From an uncultured delta proteobacterium (GTDB lineage Bacteria > Myxococcota_A > Polyangia > Polyangiales > Polyangiaceae), in contig CAWDXG010000001.1 in assembly GCA_963806225.1 (NCBI GenBank), positions 1,824,001-1,888,000 on the forward strand: a stretch of 64,000 nucleotides of DNA, in the 5' to 3' direction. The translations under genes were made by a program, and so were the position numbers. The stretch's first letter is position 1. The number at the start of each line of letters is the position of its first letter. This document shows positions 40,107 to 51,000 of this stretch, piece after piece. The notes beneath the pieces were generated by a model. That model saw nothing but the letters and a program-made list of their open reading frames with translations, was not told the DNA's origin and did not search any database.

Positions 40107-43100
40107 AAGAGCTCGACCCGCTCCGCGTCGGGCTCGATGGCACGCAGCTCATCGAGGCGAGTGCCGGCACGGGCAAGACGTACACGATAACGACGCTGGT
40201 GCTGCGGCTGCTGCTCGAACGCCGGCTGCCGATCGAGAAGATCCTGGTCGTGACCTTCACCAACGCCGCCACGGCGGAGCTGCGTGAGCGCGTACGTCGG
40301 CGCATCCGCGAAGCGGCGGACGCGTTCGAGGCCCGCGCCCGCGGCGAGGTCGTGAAGGACGAGCTCCTGCAAGCGCTGGTCGACCGCAGCCCCGACCCGT
40401 CCGTCGCGCTCTCGCTGCTGCTCGAGGCCCTGCGTGGAGTGGACGAAGCGGCCATCTCGACCATCCACGGCTTCTGCCAGCGCGTGCTCGCCGAGCACGC
40501 GTTCGAGAGCAACGTGCGCTTCGACATGGAGCTCGTGCAGGATCAGACGCCGCTCGTTTCGGAGTTGGTGGAGGATTTCTGGGGCAGCCGCCTCTCCGGT
40601 GCGAGCGAGGCCGAGCTCCGCTTCCTGTCGACGTCGAAGGTGCGTCTGGACAGCTTCCGCCGTCTGGCGTGGCTGGCCGTGAAATGGCCGGAGATGCCGG
40701 TGGTTCCGCCCGCCCCCGCGGCGGATGCGGACGCGGCGGTGCAGGCCTACGTGGAGGCCCGCGCCCGCGCGCTGGAGGCATGGGACGCCGATCAGGTGGA
40801 AGCGCTGCTGTCGGAGGGGCTCGACGGGCGCAGCTATCGCAGGACGTGGGTCGAGAAGTGGTGCCACGAGCTCGACCAGGTGCTGCGCGAGCCGCGTGCC
40901 GTGGTCGATGCCTTCAAGATGTTGGACCGCTTCACGCCGACGAAGCTCGAAGAGGCGGCCAAGGGCGAGCCGCCGCTCCACCCGTTCTTCGTCCGCGCCG
41001 CGGAGCTGCTCGCGGCGCGGGAGAGCGCCGCGCGCGAGCTGTCGTCGTGGTGGCTTGCGCTGCAGCACGAGTTCGTCGACTACGCGCGGAGCGAGCTGTC
41101 GCGCCGCAAGCAGGAGCGTGGCGTGCAGTCCTTCGACGATCTGCTCCAGGGTCTCGCGGGCGCGCTGGAACGGCCGGAGGGCGAGGAGCTGGCGGCCCGC
41201 ATCCGCTCGCGGCTCCCCGCTGCGCTGATCGACGAGTTCCAGGACACCGACCCGGTGCAGTACCGCATCTTCCACAAGCTGTACTCGACGCCTGGCTCGT
41301 CGCTGCTGTTGATCGGCGACCCGAAGCAGGCGATCTACGCCTTCCGCGGTGCGGACGTGTTCGCCTACCTGGGCGCTGTACGGGACGCTGGAGAGCGCGT
41401 GCACACGCTCGCCACCAACTACCGCTCCGAGCCGGGCTTGATCCGCGCGGTCAACACCATCTTTTCCCGGGCGCACTCGCCGTTCCTGCTCGACGGCATC
41501 GGCTTCTCGCCGGTGCGCGCGCGCCCAGAAGCGCACGACGAGCTCGTGCCGCCGCGCCCGGCGCTCGGCATCCTGTTCGTCCCGCGCGCGGGCCGTTCCG
41601 GAAAGAAGAAGGACAAGATCGTCAGCGACTGGTACCAGCACAAGCTACCTCGGGTCGTCGCGGCGGACATCGCGCGGCTGCTCGCCGAGCGGCCTCTGCT
41701 CGAGGGGCGGCCACTGGGGTCCGGCGACATCGCCGTCTTGACGCGCACCAACGCGCAGGCGCGGGAAATCCAGGCAGCGCTCGCAGCGCTGCGCATTCCG
41801 GCCGTGCTCCACGGTGACTCGAGCGTGCTCGATTCGGTGGAAGCGGAAGAGATCGGCCACGTGATGGCCGCCATGGCGGATCCGTCAAACTCCACGCGCC
41901 TGCGCGCCGCGCTCACGACCCATCTGTTCGGGTTGGGCGCGGAGGAGCTGTTCCGCCTCGGCGAGCACGAGGACGAGCTCGACCGCTGGCTCGGTCGCTT
42001 CGTCGGCTGGCACGAGGAGTGGCAGAGCGCGGGTTTCGTCCAGTCGTTCCACCGCATGCTGCGCGAAGCGGGAGTGAGCGCCCGGCTGCTCGCCCTGGTC
42101 GACGGCGAGCGGCGGCTGACGAACGTGCTGCACCTGGTGGAGCTGTTGCACCGGGCGGCGACGGGCGGGCACCTGGGCATCGCGGGGCTCGTCGCGTGGT
42201 TCGACGAAGTGCGGGAGGACGAGGAAGCGCGCCGCGGCCTCGCGCCGGACAGCGCGCAGATCCGGCTGGAGAGCGACCGGGACGCCGTGCAGCTCACCAC
42301 CATGCACAAGAGCAAGGGGCTCGAATACGCCGTCGTGTACTGCCCGTACCTGTGGGCTTCCACGGAGCTCCGCCCCGGCGCACGCGAGCACCTGTGCTTC
42401 CACGATCCGGAGGACGGCTTCCGGCTCAAGCTCGATCTCCGCTCGAAGGAGCAGAAAGCGGAGCGCATCGAGCAGGCCAACCGCGAGGCACTGGCGGAAG
42501 GGCTCCGGCTCGCCTATGTGGCGCTGACGCGCGCGAAGCACCGCGCGGTGATGGTGTGGGGAGCGTTCAACGGCGGGGAGAACTGCCCACTGGCCTGGCT
42601 TCTGCACCAGCCGGCCGAAGCCGGCCCGCACTTCTCGGCGAAGCAGCGCGTGCATCTCGGCGACGATCACGCTCTCCGCGCGGATCTGGCGCGGCTCGTG
42701 GACGCGTCGGACGGCGCGATCGAGGTCTTCGATGTCGATGAATCGCCGGCGCCGCCCCACCAGGCCGACGGGGACGCCGAGCCGGAGCTCGAGGCGCGCC
42801 GGGCCGCGCGTCTGCTCGATCGCGGCTATCGCAACTCGAGCTTCTCGGCGCTGGCCGCGACCGCCGGAGTGCCGCTGCCGGTGCCGGCCGCGGAGGGGCG
42901 TGACCGCGACGAGCTCGCTCTGGGGGCGGCGCTACCCCCGGCGCCGCCGGCCCCGGACGGCGAGCGCGTGCTGCTCCACGATTTCCCGCGCGGAGCCAAG
43001 CCCGGCGATCTGCTGCACGGGATCCTCGAGCGGCTGGACTTCCAGGTGCGAGACGAAGCGGAAATCGCCCGCCTGGTCGGCAGCCTGCTCGGACGGCATG

Positions 43101-43741
43101 GCTTCGATGCGGCGCGCTGGACGCCGCTGCTGGTCGAAGCGCTCGGCAGCATCGTCGAAACGCCGCTCGACGCCCGAAAGCCGCTCGCCCTCCGCGACCT
43201 AGCGCCCGCCGCGCGCCGCTCCGAGATGGAGTTCGTGTTCCCGGTCGCGCCGGCGGGTGCGCGCTTCACGGCGAACGCGCTGGCCGACGAGCTCTCGCGG
43301 CACGGGGCGTCGCTGCCGCGCGGCTATGCCGAGCGCGTCCGGCGCCTCGGATTCGCGCCGCTCGCCGGCTTCCTGCGCGGCTTCATCGACCTGGTCTTCG
43401 AGCACGAGGGACGCTTCTATCTGGTGGACTACAAGTCGAATCACCTCGGCGATCACCCTGGCGACTATCGCCCCGAGCGCCTGGTCGAAGCGATGGCGCA
43501 CCATCACTACTACCTGCAGTACCACCTGTACGCGGTCGCGCTGCACCGCCACCTCGCGCTGCGCCTGCCAGGCTACGACTACGAGCAGCACTTCGGCGGC
43601 GTGCGCTATCTTTTCCTCAGGGGGATGTCGCCGGCGCATCCTCGGGGTTACGGCGTGTTTTCCGACGGCCCGGCGCGCGCTGTGGTCGAAGGACTGTCCG
43701 CGCTGCTCGCCGCGCCCGGACGCGCGGAGGCGCGGCCGTGA
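40103..43741 (+). CDS. recB: Exodeoxyribonuclease V beta subunit
   Basis: IEASAGTGKT, VTFTNAAT, IDEFQDTD, GDPKQAIYAFRGAD, MHKSKGLE, YVALTRA, nuclease GFIDL..DYKSN. Confidence 0.96.
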   Translation: MKELDPLRVGLDGTQLIEASAGTGKTYTITTLVLRLLLERRLPIEKILVVTFTNAATAELRERVRRRIREAADAFEARARGEVVKDELLQALVDRSPDPSVALSLLLEALRGVDEAAISTIHGFCQRVLAEHAFESNVRFDMELVQDQTPLVSELVEDFWGSRLSGASEAELRFLSTSKVRLDSFRRLAWLAVKWPEMPVVPPAPAADADAAVQAYVEARARALEAWDADQVEALLSEGLDGRSYRRTWVEKWCHELDQVLREPRAVVDAFKMLDRFTPTKLEEAAKGEPPLHPFFVRAAELLAARESAARELSSWWLALQHEFVDYARSELSRRKQERGVQSFDDLLQGLAGALERPEGEELAARIRSRLPAALIDEFQDTDPVQYRIFHKLYSTPGSSLLLIGDPKQAIYAFRGADVFAYLGAVRDAGERVHTLATNYRSEPGLIRAVNTIFSRAHSPFLLDGIGFSPVRARPEAHDELVPPRPALGILFVPRAGRSGKKKDKIVSDWYQHKLPRVVAADIARLLAERPLLEGRPLGSGDIAVLTRTNAQAREIQAALAALRIPAVLHGDSSVLDSVEAEEIGHVMAAMADPSNSTRLRAALTTHLFGLGAEELFRLGEHEDELDRWLGRFVGWHEEWQSAGFVQSFHRMLREAGVSARLLALVDGERRLTNVLHLVELLHRAATGGHLGIAGLVAWFDEVREDEEARRGLAPDSAQIRLESDRDAVQLTTMHKSKGLEYAVVYCPYLWASTELRPGAREHLCFHDPEDGFRLKLDLRSKEQKAERIEQANREALAEGLRLAYVALTRAKHRAVMVWGAFNGGENCPLAWLLHQPAEAGPHFSAKQRVHLGDDHALRADLARLVDASDGAIEVFDVDESPAPPHQADGDAEPELEARRAARLLDRGYRNSSFSALAATAGVPLPVPAAEGRDRDELALGAALPPAPPAPDGERVLLHDFPRGAKPGDLLHGILERLDFQVRDEAEIARLVGSLLGRHGFDAARWTPLLVEALGSIVETPLDARKPLALRDLAPAARRSEMEFVFPVAPAGARFTANALADELSRHGASLPRGYAERVRRLGFAPLAGFLRGFIDLVFEHEGRFYLVDYKSNHLGDHPGDYRPERLVEAMAHHHYYLQYHLYAVALHRHLALRLPGYDYEQHFGGVRYLFLRGMSPAHPRGYGVFSDGPARAVVEGLSALLAAPGRAEARP

Positions 43742-45570
43742 GCGGCGCGTTCGATGCGCTTGCCGCGGCGGGCTACTTCGCCCCGCTGGACGTGCACTTC
43801 GCGAAGAGCGCCGCGGCGCTGGTGGGGGAAGAGCGCGAGGAAGTGATGCTGGGTCTGGCGGTCTCGAGCCGGCAGACCCGCGAAGGGCACGTGTGCGCGG
43901 ATCTGGCGCGGCTTGCGGGCGGGCTGGCCGTCGACGCTGCCGGCGAGCCGATCGAGGGTGCGCGCTTCCCCGAGGCTCTGGCGTGGCAGGCCGCGCTCGA
44001 GCAGAGCAGGCTGGTCTCGGACGGCTCGCGCCTCGCGCCGCTGGTGCTCTCGGGCGGCCGGCGGCTGTACCTGCGCCGCTACTGGGAGCACGAGCAGCGG
44101 CTCGCCGGGTTGCTGCGGGAACGCGCCGGCATGCACGACGAAGCGCTGGATGCCGGTGTGCTGCGCCCGGCCCTGCTGCGGCTGTTCGGCCCCGCGCCGG
44201 CCGAGCCCGACTGGCAGCGGGTCGCGGTACAGCTCGCGCTGCTCGAACGGCTGGTCGTGGTGAGCGGCGGCCCGGGCACGGGCAAGACATCCAGCGTCGT
44301 GAAGCTCCTGGCGCTCTTGATCGAGCAGTCGAGAAGCCAGGGACGCGAGCGGCCGCGCATGCTGCTGCTCGCGCCCACCGGCAAGGCGGCGGCGCGTCTC
44401 GAGGAGTCGGTCCAGAAGGCCCGGGCGGGGCTCGACTGCGACGAGCAGGTGCGCGCGGCGATTCCGGAGCGCGCGCTGACGGTGCACCGCGCGCTGGGCG
44501 GTATCCGGGGCTCCCGCACGCGCTTCCGCCACGACCGCGAGCACCCGCTGATTGCGGATCTGGTGCTGGTCGACGAATCGTCGATGGTGGACGTGGCGCT
44601 GATGCGGCGCCTGCTCGAAGCCGTGCCGCATCACGCGCGCCTCGTGTTGCTCGGCGACCGGAACCAGCTGTCCAGTGTGGCCGCCGGAGCCGTGCTCGCC
44701 GACATCTGCGGAGAGCGCTCCACGCCGGCGTATTCGGAGGCGCTCGGTCGCCGCGTCGAGAGCGTGTTCGGCGAATCGCTGCCCGGAGCGGGCGGCCACG
44801 CCGGCGGCATCGCCGACTCGGTGGTCGAGCTCACCCGGAGCTACCGCTTTTCCGACGACAGCGGGATCGGCGCGCTGGCGCGGGCGGTCCGCGACGGGGA
44901 CGCGGACCTGGCGCTTTCGCTGCTGCGCTCCGGCGCGGACGGTGTCGCGCTGGTCGAGGGCCGGGATCGCACGGAGCTCGGCCAGGCTGCCGTCGAAGGC
45001 TTCCGTCCGTGTCTCGAGGCGCGTGATCCGCTGCAGGCGCTGGCCGCGCTGTCGCGCTACCGGGTGCTGTGCGCGCATCGCCGCGGCCCTGCCGGCGTCG
45101 AGCAGCTCAACGGCGACATCGAGCGCGCGCTGGAACAGGCCGGAGCGCTGCGACCGTCCGGCATCTGGTATCCAGGGCGGCCGGTGCTCGTGACGCAGAA
45201 CGACTACCAGCTGTCGCTGTTCAACGGCGATGTCGGCATCGTGTTTCCCGATACGGCCTCGGGCGGCCTTGGCGCCTGCTTTGCCGCTGCGGACGGCAGC
45301 GCGCGCGTGCTGGCGCCGTCGAGGCTGCCTCCGCACGAAACCGTCTTTGCCATGACCGTGCACAAGAGCCAGGGCTCGGAGTTCGACGACGTGGCGGTCG
45401 TGCTGCCGGACGAGCGGTCCCCGCTCCTCGGTCGCGAGCTCCTGTACACGGCGGTCACGCGCGCCCGGCGTAGCGTGACGTTGTATGCCGACGAGGCCGC
45501 AGTGCGTGCCGCCGTCGCTCGCCGGGTGGAGCGCGCGTCGGGTCTGGGCGAGCTGCTCTGGGGAAGCTGA
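43738..45570 (+). CDS. recD: Exodeoxyribonuclease V alpha subunit
   Basis: GGPGTGKT, APTGKAAARL, VDESSM, FNGD.G, MTVHKSQGSEF, YTAVTRAR. Confidence 0.96.
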   Translation: MSGAFDALAAAGYFAPLDVHFAKSAAALVGEEREEVMLGLAVSSRQTREGHVCADLARLAGGLAVDAAGEPIEGARFPEALAWQAALEQSRLVSDGSRLAPLVLSGGRRLYLRRYWEHEQRLAGLLRERAGMHDEALDAGVLRPALLRLFGPAPAEPDWQRVAVQLALLERLVVVSGGPGTGKTSSVVKLLALLIEQSRSQGRERPRMLLLAPTGKAAARLEESVQKARAGLDCDEQVRAAIPERALTVHRALGGIRGSRTRFRHDREHPLIADLVLVDESSMVDVALMRRLLEAVPHHARLVLLGDRNQLSSVAAGAVLADICGERSTPAYSEALGRRVESVFGESLPGAGGHAGGIADSVVELTRSYRFSDDSGIGALARAVRDGDADLALSLLRSGADGVALVEGRDRTELGQAAVEGFRPCLEARDPLQALAALSRYRVLCAHRRGPAGVEQLNGDIERALEQAGALRPSGIWYPGRPVLVTQNDYQLSLFNGDVGIVFPDTASGGLGACFAAADGSARVLAPSRLPPHETVFAMTVHKSQGSEFDDVAVVLPDERSPLLGRELLYTAVTRARRSVTLYADEAAVRAAVARRVERASGLGELLWGS

Positions 45571-45691
45571 GCCAGGCGGCCGGATGGGTGCCCACGGAAC
45601 GGGCCTCGGAGACCCTTCGAAATCCGCAGGGCCGTCTCACAATATTCTCCATCCAACCCCGGTTGTGCGGGAAACATGCTGCGTCTGGCAC

Positions 45692-45707
45692 TGGCACGCG
45701 GGTTGCT
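45692..45707 (+). promoter_or_regulatory. sigma54 promoter of the cus-type operon
   Basis: TGGCAC-GCGGG-TTGCT, full consensus. Confidence 0.75.
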
Positions 45708-45720
45708 CGGACGCCGGAGC

Positions 45721-45882
45721 ATGTCGCACCGGTTGCCCATCCTGTTCGCCGCGCTGGCCGCGGTGATCTCTATCGGGATGCTGGTCCAGGACGCCTGCCG
45801 CTCGCGGGCGTCGGCGCTGCCGGGTGCAGACCGCGCCGACACCCCCCTGCACTCTTCCGGTAGAACAGGGGGGCGGCCATGA
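45721..45882 (+). CDS. Small (53 aa) membrane/exported protein
   Basis: Hydrophobic N-terminus; ATGA overlap with the next gene; starts just after the predicted sigma54 +1. Confidence 0.5.
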   Translation: MSHRLPILFAALAAVISIGMLVQDACRSRASALPGADRADTPLHSSGRTGGRP

Positions 45883-48035
45883 CCGGCTTTTTCCGCCGTC
45901 ATCGAGAGCGCATCCTGCCCGTCGTCGTCTTCGCCGTGCTGGGCGTGCTGGCGGTCGTGTACCGGCATCCGCTGTATGCCTGGTTCGAGGGCTCGTCGCT
46001 GGGCGGTGGTGGCGGGATGACGACGAGCCCGGTTGGCGATTTGCGGCTCGGACTCTTGCTGGATCCCGATCCACCTCGCCAGAACAAGAACGCGCTGCAC
46101 GTGCTCGTGCAGGACGCCACGAGCGAACCGGTGACCGGCGCGCAGGTGACCGTCCAGTATTCGATGGCGGCCATGGGTTCGATGCCCGAGATGAAGGGCA
46201 AGGCCGACATCGAGGAGCAGGGCGGCGGCAGGTACCTGGCCGCGTTCTCGCTGCCGATGAAAGGCAGTTGGACGATCGGCGTCGACGTCAAGAGCTCGGC
46301 GGGCGACGCCTCGGCGCGGTACAACCTCACCGTCGGCACCAAAGGCCTCACCCCGGTGGGCTCCGGCGGAGGGAAGGGCGGCGCGCAGGCGAAGAAGGGG
46401 AAGAAGTCCACGGCGTTGCCGTTGCCGGAGCAGAAGTTCGACGGCCCCATCCTCGCATCGCTCCGCACCGCCTACGCGGCCTATGAAGAGGTGCGCGTCC
46501 GACTGGCACAGGACACGCTCGACAACGTGAAGCCCCGCGCCCAGCGCATCGCCGAGTCGCTGCGCGCGGCGGCGGCGACGGCGACGGTGAAGGGCGCACC
46601 CGAAGTGAAACAGGAGCTCGGCAAAGGCGCCGACGCCGCGACCCGGTTGGCCGCAGCGAAGGATCTGGACGAGGCACGCGGGGCCTTCGGCGAAGTGAGC
46701 CGGACCCTGGTGCGATTGGCCGGAGCGGACGACCAGCTCGCCAAGGGGCAGCACGTGTTCGAGTGCCCGATGGCCAAGGGCTTCGGTTTCAACGAGTGGG
46801 TGCAACCGTCGGCCACGCTGCAAAACCCCTACATGGGCAAGAAGATGTCGACCTGCGGCTCCGAGGTGTCTCCGCCGAAGCCCGGTGCCGAGCCCGCCGA
46901 GGGAAAGAGCAAGGAGACCGCAGACAGTGGCAAGGTCGCCTACTACACGTGCCCAATGCACCCCTCGGTGCACCAGCCGAGCCCGGGCCAGTGCCCGATC
47001 TGCGGCATGACCCTGACGCCCGTCTCCGAGCAGGAAGTGAAGGAGGGCGTCATCCAGGTGGACGAAAAGCGCCGCCAGCTCATCGGAGTCCGGACCGGCG
47101 TGATCGAAAAGAAGGATCTGGTCCGGCACATCCGCACGGTGGGCACCATCGCCTACGACCAGACGCGGCTGGCCGACGTGTCGCTCAAGTTCAAGGGCTG
47201 GATCCGCACGCTCTACGCCGACTCCATCGGCAAGAAGGTCAAGCGCGGGCACACGCTGTTCACCATCTACAGCCCCGACGTGTACGCGGCCGAGCAGGAG
47301 CTGCTCACCGCGCAGCAGAGCGGGATCGTCGCGCTGGACGGCGGCATGCCCGATCCGCGAAAGTTCATGGAAAAGGCGATCCGGCAGCGTTTCCGGCTGT
47401 GGGACGTGCCGACCAGCGTGGTGGATCACATCATCAAGAAGCGCGAAACGATCCGCTACATCCCGATCGTCTCGCCGGCGACCGGCTACATCGTCGAGAA
47501 GAACGTCGTCGAAGGCTCTTCGGTGAAGCCGGGCCAGCGGTTGTTCCGCATCGCGAACCTGGACAAGGTCTGGATCGAGGCCGAGTTGTACGAAAACGAG
47601 CTGCCGCTGGTGAAGCAGGGGCAAGAGGCCCGGATCACGCTCGCGTACGTCCCGGACCGCAAGTTCAAGGGCAAGGTCACGTTCGTCTATCCGTACCTGG
47701 ACAACGGGACGCGGACAGGGCGGGTGCGCATCGAGATGCCGAACCGGGACGTCGAGCTGAAGCCCGACATGTACGCGAACGTCTCGATCGATATCGATCT
47801 CGGAGAGAAGTTGGTGATACCCGATTCGGCGGTCATCTATGCGGGACCGCGGCGCATCGTGTTCGTCGACCTGGGTGGGGGCAAGCTCAAGCCGCAGGAA
47901 ATCAAGGTCGGTGTCCACAGCGATGACATGTACGAGGTCCTGGGCGGACTTCATGCAGGGCAGCGCGTGGTCACCTCCGGCAACTTCCTGATCGGCGCGG
48001 AGAGCCGCCTCAAGTCGGCAACCGGTCAGTGGTGA
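45879..48035 (+). CDS. cusB: CusB-type RND periplasmic adaptor with extra YtkA/FixH-like, DUF3347-like and heavy-metal-binding domains
   Basis: YSMAAMGSMPEM..MKGSW; FECPMA..W..NPYMG..M..CG; YTCPMHP..PGQCPICGM; YSPD, LKPDMYA, VVTSGNFLI..ES. Confidence 0.85.
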   Translation: MTGFFRRHRERILPVVVFAVLGVLAVVYRHPLYAWFEGSSLGGGGGMTTSPVGDLRLGLLLDPDPPRQNKNALHVLVQDATSEPVTGAQVTVQYSMAAMGSMPEMKGKADIEEQGGGRYLAAFSLPMKGSWTIGVDVKSSAGDASARYNLTVGTKGLTPVGSGGGKGGAQAKKGKKSTALPLPEQKFDGPILASLRTAYAAYEEVRVRLAQDTLDNVKPRAQRIAESLRAAAATATVKGAPEVKQELGKGADAATRLAAAKDLDEARGAFGEVSRTLVRLAGADDQLAKGQHVFECPMAKGFGFNEWVQPSATLQNPYMGKKMSTCGSEVSPPKPGAEPAEGKSKETADSGKVAYYTCPMHPSVHQPSPGQCPICGMTLTPVSEQEVKEGVIQVDEKRRQLIGVRTGVIEKKDLVRHIRTVGTIAYDQTRLADVSLKFKGWIRTLYADSIGKKVKRGHTLFTIYSPDVYAAEQELLTAQQSGIVALDGGMPDPRKFMEKAIRQRFRLWDVPTSVVDHIIKKRETIRYIPIVSPATGYIVEKNVVEGSSVKPGQRLFRIANLDKVWIEAELYENELPLVKQGQEARITLAYVPDRKFKGKVTFVYPYLDNGTRTGRVRIEMPNRDVELKPDMYANVSIDIDLGEKLVIPDSAVIYAGPRRIVFVDLGGGKLKPQEIKVGVHSDDMYEVLGGLHAGQRVVTSGNFLIGAESRLKSATGQW

Positions 48036-51000
48036 TGCCAGGAAATGGCGACAACGAACACCCGCGAGAACCGGCCCCGCCCGACAATCCCGAAAGGGTA
48101 GCTCCGGCGGAACGGCCGGAGGCTGTCGGGCTGCCGGAGGATTCCGGCGGAAACGGGCCAGCGGGAAACGAGCCGCCCGCGCCGCCCGCGCCGCCGGATG
48201 ACCAGCCGAAGCCCGGCCCCATCGCGCGCATTATCGCGCTCTCGGCGAAGAACCGCTTCGTGACGATCCTGTTCGTGCTCGGCATGGCCGTGTGGGGCGC
48301 GTATTCGATGCTCCACGGCCCGCTCGACGCTATTCCGGACCTGTCGGACGTGCAGGTCATCATCTTCACCGACTGGCCCGGCCGCAGCCCGACCCTGGTC
48401 GAGGACCAGATCACCTATCCCATCTCGAGCACCCTGCTCTCCGCGCCGCACGTCAAATCGGTGCGCGGGCAGTCCTTCTTCGGTCTGTCCTTCGTCTACG
48501 TGGTGTTCGACGAGGGCACCGACATGTACTGGGCGCGCTCGCGTGTGCTCGAGTACCTGAACAGCGTCAGCTCCAGGCTACCCAAGGGGGTGACGCCGAC
48601 TCTGGGGCCCGACGCTACCGGCGTTGGATGGGTGTACGAGTACGCGCTGGTCGACGAGACGGGCCAGCACGATCTCCAGCAACTCAGGAGCCTGCAGGAC
48701 TGGAACATCCGCTTCGCGCTGGAGAGCGTGCCGGGTGTGGCGGAGGTGGCGTCGGTAGGCGGCTTCGTCAAGCAGTACCAGGTCAACGTCGACCCGGACA
48801 AGCTGCGGGGCTACGGCATCCCGATCACGAAGGTGATCAAGGCGGTGCGCGACTCGAACGAGGAGGTGGGTGGGCGCGTCATCGAGATTGCGGGTCACGA
48901 GCAGATGATCCGCGGCCGCGGCTACATCAAGAAGAAATCGGACATTGCGGACATCCCGTTGAAGGTCAACTCCGACGGCACGCCGGTGTACGTCAAGGAC
49001 GTCGCCACCGTGTCGATCGGGCCCGACATGAGACGCGGCGTCGCCGAGCTCGACGGCAAGGGGGAGACCGTCGGCGGCATCGTGGTCATGCGCTACGGCG
49101 AGAACGCGCTCAAGGTCATCGATGCGGTCAAGCAGCGGCTCGATGAAGTGCGCAAGGGACTGCCGCCCGGCGTGAAGCTGGTGGTCACCTACGACCGCTC
49201 CGGCCTGATCCGGAAGTCGATCGAGACCCTGCGCCATACGCTGATGGAGGAGATGCTGGTCGTCAGCATCATCATCTTCCTGTTCCTGCTGCACGTGCGC
49301 AGCGCGCTGGTGCCGATCCTCACGTTGCCCATCGGCGTGCTCCTGGCGTTCATCCCGATGTACTACCAGGGGCTCACGATCAACATCATGTCGCTCGGCG
49401 GGGTCGCCATCGCCATCGGTGCGATGGTGGACGCTTCCATCTTGATCATCGAGAACAGTCACAAGAAGCTCGAACAGTGGGAAGCGGCCGGACGCCCGGG
49501 CAGCCGCACCGACGTCATCATCTCGGCGATGCAGGAGGTGGGGCCCAGCGTCTTCTTCGCGCTGCTCGTCATCACGGTGGCGTTCATGCCCGTGTTCACG
49601 CTCGAGGGCACGGAAGGCCGGCTGTTCAAACCACTGGCGTTCACCAAGACCTACTCGATGGGCTTTGCGGCCATCCTGGCGGTGACGCTCACGCCCGCGC
49701 TGGCGGTGCTGTTCATCCGCGGCAAGATCCGCCCCGAGAACAAGAACCCCATCAATCGATTGCTGGTGGCCGCGTATACGCCAGTGGTGCGCTTCGTGGT
49801 GCGTCACCGCAAGATGGTGATCGCGCTTGCGGTGCTGGCGATCATCTTCACGATTCCGGCCTTCCAGCGCCTCGGCAACGAGTTCATGCCGCCTCTGAAC
49901 GAGGGGGCGATCCTGTACATGCCGACCGCGCCGCCGGGAATGTCTGTGGGTGAGGCGACCCAGGTGCTGCAGTCCATGGACCGGCAGCTGATGCAGTTCC
50001 CTGAAGTGGTACGCGTTTTCGGCAAGATGGGACGCGCGCGGACGGCGACGGACCCAGCGCCGCTGTCGATGGCGGAGATCATCATCCTGCTCAAGCCGCG
50101 TGACCAGTGGCCGAAGGGGGTCACCTGGGACGGCTTGATCAAGCAGATGGATCAGAAGCTCCAATACCCCGGCATGCCGAACGTGTGGTGGATGCCGATC
50201 CAGACCCGCACGGAGATGCTGGCGACCGGCATCCGCAGCCAGCTCGGCATCAAGGTCTTCGGCAACACCCTCGCGGAGATCGAGAAGACCGCCATTGCGA
50301 TCGAGCACGCCGTGAAGAACGTGCCGGGGACGCGCAGCGCCTTCGCCGAGCGCTCCACCGGCGGCTTCTACGCCGATTTCACGGTCAAACGGCAGGAGGC
50401 GGCCCGCTACGGCATGACCGTCAAGGACGTGGACAACGTCGTGATGTCCGCTATCGGAGGCATGAACGTCTCCGAGACGGTGGAGGGTCGCGAGCGCTAT
50501 CCGATCAACGTCCGCTATGCCCGCGAGTTTCGTGACACGCCGGGCGCGCTCGATCGCGTGCTGGTGAGCACGCCGACCGGCGCGCAGGTCCCGATTTCGC
50601 AGGTGGCAGACCTGAAGTTCACGACCGGCCCGCCGATGGTGCGCAGCGAGAGCGGCAAGCTCGAGGGCTTCGTGTTCGTCGACATCGACAACCGTCCGGT
50701 CGCGGACTACGTGGCCGACGCGAAGAAGGCCGTGGCGGCCAAGGTGAAGCTGCCGCCCGGGCAGCGAATCGAGTGGGCCGGTCAGTACAAGTACTTCGAG
50801 CGCGCCAAGTCACGCTTGAAGATCGTGATCCCGATCACGCTGTTCATCGTCTCGCTGCTGCTGTTCCTCAACACCCGCTCGTTCTTCAAGACATTCATCA
50901 TCCTGCTGGCGGTGCCGTTCTCGCTGGTGGGGGCGATCTGGCTGCTCTACCTGCTGCACTACAACCTGAGCGTCGCTGTCTGGGTCGGTGTGATCGCGCT

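Noticed and set aside
38903..43741. Apparent 1612-aa RecC-RecB fusion
   Set aside because: An ATGA start/stop overlap at 40103-40106 marks a normal recC/recB junction, and recC already has several indels, so one more near its end explains the read-through.
45204..47954. Long antisense ORFs (916 aa here; also 38954-41641, 48578-50308, 5230-7023)
   Set aside because: Shadow frames of well-supported genes, typical of high-GC DNA.
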